A DNA stretch of 64,000 nt from Patescibacteria group bacterium (GTDB taxonomy: Bacteria > Patescibacteriota > Minisyncoccia > Phycocordibacterales > Phycocordibacteraceae), in assembly GCA_019744845.1 (NCBI GenBank), contig JAIETW010000002.1:5759-69758 (forward strand), read 5' to 3'. Position 1 is the stretch's first letter. The number at the start of each line of letters is the position of its first letter. The notes below the pieces were generated by a model. It worked only from the letters and a program-made list of their open reading frames with translations, did not search any database and was not told the origin of the DNA. The translations under genes and the position numbers were made by a program. This document shows, piece by piece, positions 20,166 through 30,424 of this stretch.

Positions 20166-22268
20166 ATGTCACATTCTGATGAGCGGTACATGCGAGAGAT
20201 TCCCGCTACTGAAGTACCTTCACGCGCAGAGGCAAAGACGCTCGTTCGTCGGAACATAGAGGCTGTTATGCAAAGCAACATCGCAAAGCGGAAGGAGGGA
20301 ATATTCTCTTTTGAGCGCCCCGATGAGTTATTTACGTTTGACGGATCAGTACGAGTGAAGCGAGTCACTCATGCGCCGTACCGTAAATTTTATGAACAGA
20401 AGGGACGATCTGCACAGGAAAAAGGGAACATCGTTTTGCGTGGCCAGAGGTACCTTTGTGCGCTTGATGGGAACATGTCATTCCATCACAAGGTAAAGAC
20501 ACTGGGTGAAGATTTCCATGATGGCCTTGATACACTCATGGCCGACACTAACCCACATGAGGGAGATGAGCAGTTTCTTCTCCGTCTCGGGGCGATGGAC
20601 TATGTCAAAAACGCCGCTATCACTCTTTTCAATGGTTTGGTTTCTCCAGAAAAGTTCGGACAATTTAGCTTAGACGATCAGGCATATCAGCAAGTGCGTG
20701 GAATGGCATCTCGTCTTGCCAAACTCTCAACACAGATGCAGTACGCGTACATGCTAGGAGACTTACAGGAAGCTCAGTCAGCTCTTGTCATGTTGAATAC
20801 TGCCCGATCAGACATGTCGTATGTTGAAACGTATCTTTCCCAGTACGCATACAATGCGATGGAAAATGGTGATAAGCGCGCCTACCCGATTTTGTCGCGA
20901 CCGGAACTTGCCCATCCGCTTATTGTCGGTGGGGCAGCCATCAACGTAGTAGAGCGTCGCAAAGACGATGTTCCTGACACTATTGTAGGACTACCCACCG
21001 GAGGCACTGAGTTTGCCTACGTCCTTCAATATGGATTTCAGAAGCTGCACGGGAAGGCACCTACTCTTATTCTTGCACCGATTTCTATTCACGGTACTCG
21101 CATACACAGTAACCTTGAGCGAGAAGAAGATGTGATAGATGCAGCAACTAAAGTGGCTTCTGATGAAGAAATGCAAGAGTTGAAAGCGTTCCTTAAACGC
21201 CAAGCGTCTCACTTTAAAGGCACGTCCGTATTGATTGCAGATGACAACTCCGCATCCGGCAAAACGCTGCAACTTACTGCTGACATTCTTTCCTATATGT
21301 TCGGTCCGAAAGAGATAGATGCCACCGTTGCTGAGACCGATGTCATACGAATGGAGCTCAAGCTTCATAAGCTCGGTGGGAAGGCACCGAATGCGGCGCC
21401 GTATCCAGTCACCACTGAGGCAGCAAGGAAAGACGTTGTTGGCATACTTCCTGTATCACAGGAACTACAATCTAATACCGATATCCGTAAGCTCCTAGAG
21501 TTTCGTCGCGTATCTCGGTTCTATGACGAAGGAGAGAGAGGCAAAAACCTTGCAGAACGTGTGCTCCATAACGTACAGCGTCGTGCAGCCCTGACATCAG
21601 CTAAAGAAGATTTTGAGCGCGATCCAAACCGTAGCGAAGGTATATATTCTTTTGCGAATTCCTTTCTTTCAAACTTTGAGCCTGTAGTAGTTGAGTACGC
21701 TATCCCTCCTGTGGTGAAAGGGCGTGCGCCACGCAAAAAGGGATTGAAGCGCTATCCTTCAGTTGAACATGCATACCAAGGCGCAAAGTTTCCTATTGAA
21801 GCAGCACGTTTGATTCCTCCCGAGGTATTTACACAGGTCAATGCGGTGATGTATGACCGATATGGAGGACGTGATGGTTCTGGTTGGCGACCAATCAACA
21901 CTCCCGAAGAGTTGGTGGCGGCATTTACGAATACGTTCTATTCGCCTGGGCAACTAAAAATATTCTCAGATAGACTTCGTAACCTCGGGTACATACGTCC
22001 CGATTGGTTTAATATCCGCACGCAAGTGATGACTGACCTTCTTATAGAAAAGTTTAAGGATCCAGATCTGAAAGATAAGCTGCTTGCGACTGGAAGGAAA
22101 TATTTGGCCGAAGGAAATCTCTGGGGAGATACCTACTGGGGGGTAGCCATGAAACCACAGCGAGGTTTGGTCTTAGGGCCAAATGTGATGAAAAGCGGTT
22201 ACGGAAGTAACATGCTCGGCATGCTTCTTATGGAACTTCGTGCACAGTTGCAGCAGCCTGGGGCCTAA
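20166..22268 (+). CDS. Unknown N-terminal domain + type I PRTase + NADAR (YbiA/DUF1768) fusion, 700 aa
   Basis: IVGLPTGG and VLIADDNSASGKTL (PRPP loop); FLSNF, YPSVEHAYQGAKF, KLLATG..LAEGN.WGDTYWGV, G.N.LG.LLMELR (NADAR). Confidence 0.8.
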   Translation: MSHSDERYMREIPATEVPSRAEAKTLVRRNIEAVMQSNIAKRKEGIFSFERPDELFTFDGSVRVKRVTHAPYRKFYEQKGRSAQEKGNIVLRGQRYLCALDGNMSFHHKVKTLGEDFHDGLDTLMADTNPHEGDEQFLLRLGAMDYVKNAAITLFNGLVSPEKFGQFSLDDQAYQQVRGMASRLAKLSTQMQYAYMLGDLQEAQSALVMLNTARSDMSYVETYLSQYAYNAMENGDKRAYPILSRPELAHPLIVGGAAINVVERRKDDVPDTIVGLPTGGTEFAYVLQYGFQKLHGKAPTLILAPISIHGTRIHSNLEREEDVIDAATKVASDEEMQELKAFLKRQASHFKGTSVLIADDNSASGKTLQLTADILSYMFGPKEIDATVAETDVIRMELKLHKLGGKAPNAAPYPVTTEAARKDVVGILPVSQELQSNTDIRKLLEFRRVSRFYDEGERGKNLAERVLHNVQRRAALTSAKEDFERDPNRSEGIYSFANSFLSNFEPVVVEYAIPPVVKGRAPRKKGLKRYPSVEHAYQGAKFPIEAARLIPPEVFTQVNAVMYDRYGGRDGSGWRPINTPEELVAAFTNTFYSPGQLKIFSDRLRNLGYIRPDWFNIRTQVMTDLLIEKFKDPDLKDKLLATGRKYLAEGNLWGDTYWGVAMKPQRGLVLGPNVMKSGYGSNMLGMLLMELRAQLQQPGA

Positions 22269-22294
22269 GTTTCTTGCTTAGCGTACGCGAGCTT

Positions 22295-22330
22295 AAGAAC
22301 GCATCGTCGCCAGATGCGTTCTTTATTTTT
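22295..22330 (+). terminator. Intrinsic terminator
   Basis: AAGAACGCATC-gtcgcca-GATGCGTTCTT-TATTTTT. Confidence 0.75.
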
Positions 22331-22485
22331 ATGCCGACGATACTTATCTTCAATCGTAGAGGCTCGGACCTGCCGAAGCTTTTTGGATTCCCGTGGTCGT
22401 GCGCGGTGAATCATTTCCTACATTAAGTATAGCAAGATCACAGCTGAAACAAGAATGAAATGGGGAGAAGGTATACTTTATATCT

Positions 22486-22896
22486 ATGCGCGTACTCTTT
22501 GTGTGCCGAGCCAATGCTGGAAGAAGTCAAATCGCTGAGGCGTACTATAACGCCCTTACAGGTACGAAGGATGCAGCAAGTGCAGGGCTTGATCTGGGAA
22601 ATTCAGTTATGGGTGAGGATCCAACGGTGCCCGAAATGGTGGTAACGGTCATGAAAGAAGAGGGGTTAGATGTATCGCATAACCGTAGAGACGCACTTAC
22701 CGAGGCAATGGTAGCTGCAGTGGATAGAGTTATCGTGATTACCGACTACCCTCTCCCAGAGTATTTGGCCTCCTCTCCCAAACTAGAGATATGGGAGGGC
22801 ATTCCAGACGCAGTCCGTACTCCGATAGAATTTCACCGCCAGGTACGGGACATGGTGAAGAGGAAAGTGGAGGATATGGTGGCAGCTGGAAGATAG
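22486..22896 (+). CDS. LMW phosphatase / ArsC family protein
   Basis: VLFVCRANAGRSQIAEA, SAG, IPD. Confidence 0.85.
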   Translation: MRVLFVCRANAGRSQIAEAYYNALTGTKDAASAGLDLGNSVMGEDPTVPEMVVTVMKEEGLDVSHNRRDALTEAMVAAVDRVIVITDYPLPEYLASSPKLEIWEGIPDAVRTPIEFHRQVRDMVKRKVEDMVAAGR

Positions 22897-22925
22897 AAAG
22901 GATTTCTGGTAGTATCGCGAGGCGA

Positions 22926-23001
22926 GCACGCTTAGCTCAGTTGGTAGAGCACTCGACTGATACTCGAGCGGTCCTAGGTTCGAATCCTAGAGCGTGCACC
23001 A
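22926..23001 (+). tRNA. tRNA-Ile(GAU) with encoded CCA
   Basis: Acceptor stem GCACGCT/AGCGTGC; anticodon arm CTCGA-ctGATac-TCGAG; T arm CTAGG-TTCGAAT-CCTAG; 76 nt. Confidence 0.97.
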
Positions 23002-23056
23002 GTTATATACATGTAGCGATGATATAGCCCCCGCATGGGGGCTATACTGTTTCTAT

Positions 23057-23554
23057 ATGAAGCGAGACGTCATCATCATTGTGCTTATGTGTGTGGTCGC
23101 CATTGGCCTTGGAGCCTGGCTCTATGTGATGGGGGTAGAGAATAGGGTGCCACAGGCACAAGAGGCGGCAGTATCTTTTAGCGTGATTGCGGAAGGCACC
23201 AATGCCTCTCTTACAGATCGTAAGAATTTTAAGGTTGAGAGTCGCGAACAGTTGGAGCAAGTATGGGCCCACGCATACGGGCAGACGACTGTCGCACTCC
23301 CTACGGTTGATTTTGAGAAGTACCAGGTACTTGCGGTATTCGGAGGACAGAAGAACAGTGGTGGGCACACGGTTGCCGTCAAAGAAGTCGTAGATACTGA
23401 AAACACGCGTCGTATTACGATTACGCACAGCGCTCCTGGGAGTTCTTGTATTACGACCCAGGCGCTCACGAGCCCCTTCCAGTTTGTACGGGTAGAAAAG
23501 AGCGATGCTCGCATAGAGCGTAAGGATGAGACGGTGACCGTCGCCTGCGACTAA
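23057..23554 (+). CDS. Membrane-anchored PrcB C-terminal-domain protein
   Basis: VDFEKY..LAVF.GQK.SGG...V, PG..C.TTQALTSPF. Start 8 nt after TATACT. Confidence 0.75.
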   Translation: MKRDVIIIVLMCVVAIGLGAWLYVMGVENRVPQAQEAAVSFSVIAEGTNASLTDRKNFKVESREQLEQVWAHAYGQTTVALPTVDFEKYQVLAVFGGQKNSGGHTVAVKEVVDTENTRRITITHSAPGSSCITTQALTSPFQFVRVEKSDARIERKDETVTVACD

Positions 23555-23575
23555 TTCTCCTGGTAGGATGCATCT

Positions 23576-24898
23576 ATGGATGCATCTTCCTTTTTTAAGG
23601 GAAAGAAGATAACGGTCATGGGGCTTGGTCTCCTTGGCCGAGGAGTAGGGGATGTGCGCTTTCTCGTTGAACACGGGGCAGAGGTCATAGTGACTGACCT
23701 AAAAAGTGAAGTAGACCTCGCCCCTTCACTTGACGCTCTCAAGGACTTGAAGGGAATTACGTATCATCTTGGTACACACCATCTTGAAGATTTTAGTGGA
23801 AGAGATCTTATTCTTAAGGCGCCGAACACTCCTACAGACTCCATATATATAAAGGAGGCGCTACGGAACGGTATTCCAGTAACTATGTCTACGGCACTCT
23901 TCGCACGCTTTGCGCGCGAAGCGGGGGCAACGTTAGTGGGCATTACAGGTACCCGTGGAAAGACCACTACCACTGAGATGATCGCGCACGTTCTCCGTGT
24001 TGCGGGGAAGCAGGTACTCCGCGGGGGGAATATTCGTGGTATCTCTACACTCGCACTTCTTCCCGAAGTGACAAAGGACACCATTGCGGTGCTTGAACTT
24101 GATTCATGGCAGCTCCAAGGTTTTGGGGCGGAACGCATGAGTCCTGATGTGTCGGTCTTCACGACCTTTTACCCAGACCACATGGACTACTACGCAGGAG
24201 ATATGCAGAAATATCTTGCGGACAAAGCGGAGATATTCTTGCATCAGCGTTCGGGCGATACGTTGGTACTTGGTCAGGCCGCTACAGAAGTAGTGCCTGC
24301 GTATCCTGCGCTCCCGGTCGGTCCTATTACGGTTACCGCGCACGATGCGGAGGACCTCAAACTATCCGTTCCAGGTATTCATAATCTTGCGAATGCGGCA
24401 TGTGCACGTGCCGCAGTGCGAGCACTTGGCATACAGGAAGAGACCATTACGCAGGCGCTTGAGTCATTTAAAGGAGTCACGGGACGTCTAGAGTTTGTGC
24501 GTGAAGTGAATGGGGTGCTGTACTACAACGACACGACTGCCACGACGCCTGAGGCAACCATTGCTGCGCTTCGTGCGCTTTCCGAAGGGGGGCGGCGCAT
24601 CATTCTTATTATGGGTGGATCTGACAAGGGCCTTACTATGCATGCGCTCATAGAAGAACTTCCACGACGTACGAAGCGCACGATCTTTCTTGCTGGCACT
24701 GGCACCGATCGCATTATGCCGTTTCTGCATGACGCGTCGGTATTCGGAGACTTGAAAGCTGCTTTTGACGAAGCGGTACGCTACGCCTCTCCCGGAGATG
24801 TAGTAGTACTGTCTCCCGCCTTTGCCTCATTCGGCATGTTTAAGAATGAGTATGAGCGAGGGGATCAATACATAGAACTCGTGCACGCGCTTACATGA
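23576..24898 (+). CDS. murD: UDP-MurNAc-L-Ala-D-Glu ligase
   Basis: MGLGLLGRG, GITGTRGKTTT, ELDSWQL, DHMDYY, YNDTTAT, LSPAFASFGMF.NE..RG. Confidence 0.93.
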   Translation: MDASSFFKGKKITVMGLGLLGRGVGDVRFLVEHGAEVIVTDLKSEVDLAPSLDALKDLKGITYHLGTHHLEDFSGRDLILKAPNTPTDSIYIKEALRNGIPVTMSTALFARFAREAGATLVGITGTRGKTTTTEMIAHVLRVAGKQVLRGGNIRGISTLALLPEVTKDTIAVLELDSWQLQGFGAERMSPDVSVFTTFYPDHMDYYAGDMQKYLADKAEIFLHQRSGDTLVLGQAATEVVPAYPALPVGPITVTAHDAEDLKLSVPGIHNLANAACARAAVRALGIQEETITQALESFKGVTGRLEFVREVNGVLYYNDTTATTPEATIAALRALSEGGRRIILIMGGSDKGLTMHALIEELPRRTKRTIFLAGTGTDRIMPFLHDASVFGDLKAAFDEAVRYASPGDVVVLSPAFASFGMFKNEYERGDQYIELVHALT

Positions 24899-25653
24899 TT
24901 GGAATCTTTGACTCAGGATCGGGAGGACTCACGGTACTTAAAGAAATACGTGCACGTATTCCATCAGCGAACATACTTTATTTTGGTGATATAAAGCACG
25001 CTCCGTACGGACCTAAGACACGCCAAGAACTTTTTGATTTAACAGGTGCTGCACTTACGAGGTTAAGTCACGGAGGGGCAACGAGCATTGTCAGCGCCTG
25101 TAATAGTGTGTCTACCTCGCTCACGCTCTCTCTTTTGGACAGCCTCTCTATTGCACCGGACCATCTCATAGAGATGGTAGGTCCTACAGTGCGCCATTTC
25201 AGAGATTCCGATGCGCGCATTGGGTTGGTTGCCACAGTCGCAACAATAGAGTCAGGAATATATCAAAGTGCGTTTCATATGATCGGAAAAGAAGTAGAGG
25301 CCATAGCGATCCCTGAACTCGCAGGCGCCATAGAGCAGGGCGTTGGTGCGTCGGGGATTGAGGAGATTATTCGCGCTGCTCTTTCTGGGAAAGAGGACGC
25401 GTATGATGTGCTCGTGCTTGCATGTACCCATTACCCACTCGTCACGGAACAGTTTAGAAAGGTGCTCGCGTCTAGAACCGAGATATACGATCCTGCAGTT
25501 GCAGTAGGAGCGCAGGTAGAGAGTATGTGGTGGCCGCGAGAAGTAGGGGAGGGCACGTTACGATTTGTCATTTCCGCAGACTCGTCTGTGTTTAGGCGCC
25601 TGGTGGGAAATCTGTTTCCAGAAGGCGGGTATGAGATAGAAGTGGTACCCTAA
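24895..25653 (+). CDS. murI: Glutamate racemase
   Basis: IGIFDSGSGGLTV, PYGPK, ACNS, LACTHYP. Confidence 0.93.
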   Translation: MIGIFDSGSGGLTVLKEIRARIPSANILYFGDIKHAPYGPKTRQELFDLTGAALTRLSHGGATSIVSACNSVSTSLTLSLLDSLSIAPDHLIEMVGPTVRHFRDSDARIGLVATVATIESGIYQSAFHMIGKEVEAIAIPELAGAIEQGVGASGIEEIIRAALSGKEDAYDVLVLACTHYPLVTEQFRKVLASRTEIYDPAVAVGAQVESMWWPREVGEGTLRFVISADSSVFRRLVGNLFPEGGYEIEVVP

Positions 25654-25660
25654 CGAGGAT

Positions 25661-26920
25661 ATGAAGAACGTGTACATGATAGGGATAGGAGGCATTGGCA
25701 TGAGCGCACTCGCGCAGCTCTATGCTGACCAAGGAGTCTCTGTGTCTGGATCTGACAGAGAAGAAAGCCCCACGACGGACCTTCTGGCGAAGAAGGGTAT
25801 CTTGGTCACGATCGGGCAAAAGGGGGAGAATGTGCCAACTGATGCAGAGTGTGTGGTCTATACCGAAGCAGCATGGGAAGACAATCCAGAACGTATGCGC
25901 GCCAAAGAACTGGGTCTTCCAGAACGATCGTACTTTGAAGCACTCGGGGATGTATCAAACGGGAAGCGCACCATTGCGGTCTCTGGCACACACGGGAAGA
26001 CCACCACTACTGCCATGCTTGCACGAGTACTGAAGGATGCGGGCGCTGCACCGTCCGCAATTGTCGGTTCTATCGTAAAAGACTTTGGTTCTAATTATCT
26101 TTCCGGGACCTCCGATTGGCTCGTCGTAGAAGCATGCGAATACAAGCGTGATTTTCTCACCCTTTCTCCTGAGATCGTCGTTGTGACCAACGTAGAGTTT
26201 GATCACACGGATTACTACAAAGATCTTGCAGATGTGCAGAGTGCCTTTCGCTCGCTTATGGAGCGCGCAAAGATAGTGGTAACCGATACCGAGCATCCGA
26301 ACATCGCGCCACTCCTTTCTGGTCTTTCGGCGCAGATCGTGAACTATCGTGCAGAGCCTCAATACGCGGTGCTCCTCCCAGGAGAGTTCAACGTCATGAA
26401 TGCACAGGCTGCGGGAGCTGCTGCCCGTGCGGCGATGCCTGAGATAGCACAAGAAACTATCGTGCAGAGCCTTGGGGCATTTGAGGGTACCTGGAGGCGC
26501 TTTGAATACAAAGGCAAGAGTAAGAGAGGTGCAGACGTGTATGACGACTATGCGCATCATCCAACCGCAATAGAGAAGACACTGAAAGAATTGCGGAAGC
26601 GTACGGATGGAAAGATCTACGTCGCATTCCATCCGCATCTGTACAGCCGTACCCGCGATCTTTTGGAAGGATTCTCTAAGGCCTTTACTGACGCAGATCG
26701 TGTAGTCATCGCTCCTATTTATCCTGCACGTGAAATAGATGACGGAAGTATTTCAAGCGCAATGCTTGCTGCACGCATTCAAGAAAATGGCACTGAAGCA
26801 AAAGCAGGAGATTTCGTAGAGATCAGACGATTCTTTGAGACAGAGCCGGGCCCAGGCGATATCATCATGACCATGGGGGCAGGGGATATATATAAGGTCG
26901 CCGACGAACTTGTCGCATAA
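25661..26920 (+). CDS. murC: UDP-MurNAc-L-Ala ligase
   Basis: IGIGGIGMSALA, GTHGKTTTT, EACEY, DDYAHHPT, HLYSRT, MGAGDI. Confidence 0.95.
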   Translation: MKNVYMIGIGGIGMSALAQLYADQGVSVSGSDREESPTTDLLAKKGILVTIGQKGENVPTDAECVVYTEAAWEDNPERMRAKELGLPERSYFEALGDVSNGKRTIAVSGTHGKTTTTAMLARVLKDAGAAPSAIVGSIVKDFGSNYLSGTSDWLVVEACEYKRDFLTLSPEIVVVTNVEFDHTDYYKDLADVQSAFRSLMERAKIVVTDTEHPNIAPLLSGLSAQIVNYRAEPQYAVLLPGEFNVMNAQAAGAAARAAMPEIAQETIVQSLGAFEGTWRRFEYKGKSKRGADVYDDYAHHPTAIEKTLKELRKRTDGKIYVAFHPHLYSRTRDLLEGFSKAFTDADRVVIAPIYPAREIDDGSISSAMLAARIQENGTEAKAGDFVEIRRFFETEPGPGDIIMTMGAGDIYKVADELVA

Positions 26921-26923
26921 GGT

Positions 26924-27601
26924 ATGGGAACACTCTCGGTCGTCGCAACCCCTATAGGCAATCTCGGAGACATTACACTCCGCGCGATTGATACATTGAA
27001 AGAGGCAGATATGATTGCCTGCGAAGATACCCGTGTCACCGCAAAGCTTCTTGCGCGCTACGACATACGAAAGCCGCTCATGATCTTCCATGCGCAAAGT
27101 GGACGTCTTGCGAGCGAGCGTATCCTTGCCAATCTGGCAGAGGGGAAGCGAGTTGCACTCGTGACCGATGCAGGCACCCCTGGGATTAGTGATCCTGGGA
27201 ATGAGCTTGTTGCAGAGGTGCGTCGTCGCTTGCCTGACATACGTATAGAGGCCATACCAGGTCCTTCTGCTCTTACTGCCGCCCTCTCCATTGCGGGTGT
27301 ACGAAGTCACGAGTTTACCTTCCTCGGCTTCCTACCGCACAAGAAAGGCCGCCAGACCCTGTTTAAGGAGATCGCATCTATGCCACGCGCAGTGGTGTTC
27401 TACGAGTCCCCACACCGCATAGGGAAGGCGCTTGCCTCCCTCGCAGAGGTGCTTCCTCTCGGGCGCACTGTGACTGTCGCGCGCGAGCTGACCAAGATCT
27501 ATGAGTCAGTCGTGCAAGGTACACCTCAGGAGGTTGAAGAGTACTTCAAGGCACACCCAGGAGAAGAACGGGGTGAATTTGTGGTCATTGTGTCACCTTG
27601 A
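26924..27601 (+). CDS. rsmI: 16S rRNA C1402 2'-O-methyltransferase
   Basis: VATPIGNLGDITLRA, CEDTR, DAGTPGISDPG, YESPHR, RELTK. Confidence 0.95.
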   Translation: MGTLSVVATPIGNLGDITLRAIDTLKEADMIACEDTRVTAKLLARYDIRKPLMIFHAQSGRLASERILANLAEGKRVALVTDAGTPGISDPGNELVAEVRRRLPDIRIEAIPGPSALTAALSIAGVRSHEFTFLGFLPHKKGRQTLFKEIASMPRAVVFYESPHRIGKALASLAEVLPLGRTVTVARELTKIYESVVQGTPQEVEEYFKAHPGEERGEFVVIVSP

Positions 27602-27615
27602 TACACTACACTCTC

Positions 27616-27834
27616 ATGTCACGCGCACGCACCCTTATTTTGCTCGGAGTTCTCGTCGCTCTTGCTCCATTCCTTGGTCTCCCAATGTGGCTTCTGATGT
27701 GGGTGCTTCCTATTCTCGGTCTCATGATTCTATTGACCGGGCTTTCACTCCGTACTCGTCGTGTGCGCGAGGAACCACAGCCACCCGCACCTGCTCCTTC
27801 GTTTGATATTCATGAGCCGACGCAAAGTCAATAA
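27616..27834 (+). CDS. Small 2-TM protein
   Basis: LILLGVLVALAPFLGLP hydrophobic hairpin; TACACT 8 nt upstream. Confidence 0.6.
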   Translation: MSRARTLILLGVLVALAPFLGLPMWLLMWVLPILGLMILLTGLSLRTRRVREEPQPPAPAPSFDIHEPTQSQ

Positions 27835-28891
27835 TACGGGGATCACCCTTATCGCGCTTGCGGTACTTCTTCCCGCAGGAGCACTTGCACTTCCATACGC
27901 GGCAAGCACGGTGTACGAGAAGGGAGGCGAGTACACAGAAGTCGCAAAGGTAGAAAAGAAAAAAGAAGAAGAGAAGCTTGATACTGCGGCATACGACAAG
28001 AAGATGATGTATCTCGCACATCGCGAGAATGAGCTTGCCACCACAAGTACGACGACCGTAGACCACCTGTGGCCAGTAGACGATGCACCGTATCCAAAGC
28101 CAGGTGCGCTTCTTCCATTCAATCGTATCGTCGCGTACTACGGAAACTTCTATTCAACGAGGATGGGTATTCTTGGAGAGTATTCCGAAGAGGAAGTCAT
28201 TCGTCGTTTGAAGGAAGAGAAGGCAGCGTGGGAAGCGGCAGATCCAGAGACTCCCGTCATCATGGGCATTGACTACATCGCGATGACGGCACAGGGAACT
28301 CCTCAGGAGGACGGAAAGTATCGTCTCCATATGCCAAACAGTCACATTGATCGTGCGGTCGCAATGGCGAAGAAGGTAGACGGCATTGTGATTCTTGAGC
28401 TCCAGATTGGGTACTCTACTCTTGAGGAAGAATTGCCGTGGCTTGAGAAATATCTTTCTATGCCTGAAGTGCATTTGGCGCTTGACCCCGAGTTCTCCAT
28501 GAAACCAGGAGCACTTCCTCCAGGAGATGAAATAGGCACCTTCTCCTCAGCGGATATTAACTATGCCGCAACGTATCTTCAGTCCTTGGTACAGAAGCAC
28601 AATCTTCCGCCTAAGATTCTTGTCGTGCACCGCTTTACACACAATATGGTGACGGGGTATCAGAACATTAAGCCGCTACCTGAAGTACAAATCGTTATGG
28701 TGATGGACGGATGGGGCTTTGGTGCAAAGAAGATCAATACGTACAACCAGGTGATTTATCCTGAGCCGGTTCAGTTCACCGGGTTCAAGATCTTCTATAA
28801 GAATGATTTGAAACCGCCGTCCACACGTCTTCTTACTCCCGCAGAAGTACTTGAGCTGACTCCTTCACCATCCTTCATTCAGTATCAATAG
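27812..28891 (+). CDS. Conserved exported hypothetical protein
   Basis: N-terminal TM; RIVAYYGN..S..MGILG, HLALDPEF, KILVVHRF, MDGWG, GFKIFYKND, ends YQ. Confidence 0.7.
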   Translation: MSRRKVNNTGITLIALAVLLPAGALALPYAASTVYEKGGEYTEVAKVEKKKEEEKLDTAAYDKKMMYLAHRENELATTSTTTVDHLWPVDDAPYPKPGALLPFNRIVAYYGNFYSTRMGILGEYSEEEVIRRLKEEKAAWEAADPETPVIMGIDYIAMTAQGTPQEDGKYRLHMPNSHIDRAVAMAKKVDGIVILELQIGYSTLEEELPWLEKYLSMPEVHLALDPEFSMKPGALPPGDEIGTFSSADINYAATYLQSLVQKHNLPPKILVVHRFTHNMVTGYQNIKPLPEVQIVMVMDGWGFGAKKINTYNQVIYPEPVQFTGFKIFYKNDLKPPSTRLLTPAEVLELTPSPSFIQYQ

Positions 28892-28921
28892 ATGGTGCAT
28901 GGGGCGTATATAATAGGGAAC

Positions 28922-30424
28922 ATGGATAATCCCGATCGGGTAACGTACTTTGCCGCCACCGACACGCGTGGAAAGCGCATTCCATTTGGGATCAAACAGA
29001 AAGATCGTGCCCGTCACATGTATGTGATTGGGAAGTCAGGCGTGGGGAAGACGACCATGATTGATAACATGGCGATTCAAGATATCCGCAATGGAGAAGG
29101 GTTTGCGTACCTTGATCCTCACGGCGGCTCAGCGGAGCGACTTTTGGACTATGTGCCGCAGAGCCGTATGCGCGATGTGATCTACTTCGCACCGTATGAG
29201 ACGGAGCACCCACTTGCGCTCAACATCATAGAAGATGTGCCGTATGAAAAGCGGCACCTCGTGCTCTCTAGCCTCATGGGCATTTTTAAGAGCATCTGGG
29301 CGGACTCATGGACTCCACGTTTTGAGTATGTGCTCAGTAATACGCTTCTTGCACTTCTTGAGCACCCAGAAGCAACACTCTTGTCGGTCACGCGTTTGTA
29401 TAACGACGAGGCGTACCGGAAAGAGATTGTTGAAAATCTTAAGGATCCAATCGCAAAGAAGTTTTGGATTAGTGAATTTCCAACCGCAGATGATCCTGCG
29501 TTTAAGGAAGCAGTATCTGCGATCACAGGGAAGATAGATCAGATGGCGCTTGATCCACTCATGCGCAGCATCATTGGATCTCCGAAATCATCCTTCAACA
29601 TGCGCCGCATTATGGACGAGCGGAAGATCCTTCTCATCAATCTTCCAAAAGGATTAGTGGGGGAGACGAATATGCAGTTGATTGGGAGTATTCTTGCCAC
29701 ACGCATCTTTCTTGCCGCAATGAGTCGTGCGGATGTTCCGGCCGCAAAGATGCCTGAACTCCCACACTTCTATTTTTATGTAGACGAGTTCCAGAATTTC
29801 TCTAACCACACCTTCTCAGAGATTTTGTCTGAAGCGCGTAAGTATCGGCTGGATCTCATCATCTCGCACCAATACATCGGGCAAATGGATCCGAAGATAC
29901 AGGCAGCGATATTTGGTAATGTCGGCACGCTTGTGGCGTTCCGTGTCGGTCCTTTTGACGCAGAAGTACTTGAACACGTGTTCGCGCCTGAGTTTAAGAA
30001 GGAAGGACTTATGAATCTTGGTCGTGCGCAGATCTATCTTTCTCTCATGATTGATAACGTGGGATCGCGTCCATTTTCTGCAGTGACTATTCCTCCGATT
30101 GAACCCCCTGCGCGTTCCTGGAAGCAGGAGGTAAAGCGGGCATCAGAGGAGCAATATTGTGGTGTACATGAGCATCAGGTCGCGCGACCTCTGCCTCCAG
30201 AAGGGGTGGCAGGAGATTTGAAGTCGTTGGTAGGGGCCATGACCGAGATTGTGAAAAAAGATAAAGAGAAGCAAGTAGAAGAGAAGAAAGCAGAACTAAA
30301 GACCACTCTTGAACAAGTGTTGAATGAGTCGCTCCCCGATACCACCCCAATCGCACGCACGGGTCCGGCGCCATTTGAGGTTCCTGAGGAAGAGCTTCGT
30401 GCCGTATTTAAGGAAGATGTATAA
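28922..30424 (+). CDS. VirD4/TraG/HerA-like coupling-protein ATPase (CPR type, no TM)
   Basis: DRARHMYVIGKSGVGKT, DPHG, YVDEFQNF, LSEARKYRL, HQYI.Q, GNVGT. Start 7 nt after TATAAT. Confidence 0.85.
   Translation: MDNPDRVTYFAATDTRGKRIPFGIKQKDRARHMYVIGKSGVGKTTMIDNMAIQDIRNGEGFAYLDPHGGSAERLLDYVPQSRMRDVIYFAPYETEHPLALNIIEDVPYEKRHLVLSSLMGIFKSIWADSWTPRFEYVLSNTLLALLEHPEATLLSVTRLYNDEAYRKEIVENLKDPIAKKFWISEFPTADDPAFKEAVSAITGKIDQMALDPLMRSIIGSPKSSFNMRRIMDERKILLINLPKGLVGETNMQLIGSILATRIFLAAMSRADVPAAKMPELPHFYFYVDEFQNFSNHTFSEILSEARKYRLDLIISHQYIGQMDPKIQAAIFGNVGTLVAFRVGPFDAEVLEHVFAPEFKKEGLMNLGRAQIYLSLMIDNVGSRPFSAVTIPPIEPPARSWKQEVKRASEEQYCGVHEHQVARPLPPEGVAGDLKSLVGAMTEIVKKDKEKQVEEKKAELKTTLEQVLNESLPDTTPIARTGPAPFEVPEEELRAVFKEDV

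Noticed and set aside
28922-30424. Integrative conjugative element
   Set aside because: No integrase, relaxase, VirB genes or att repeats seen.
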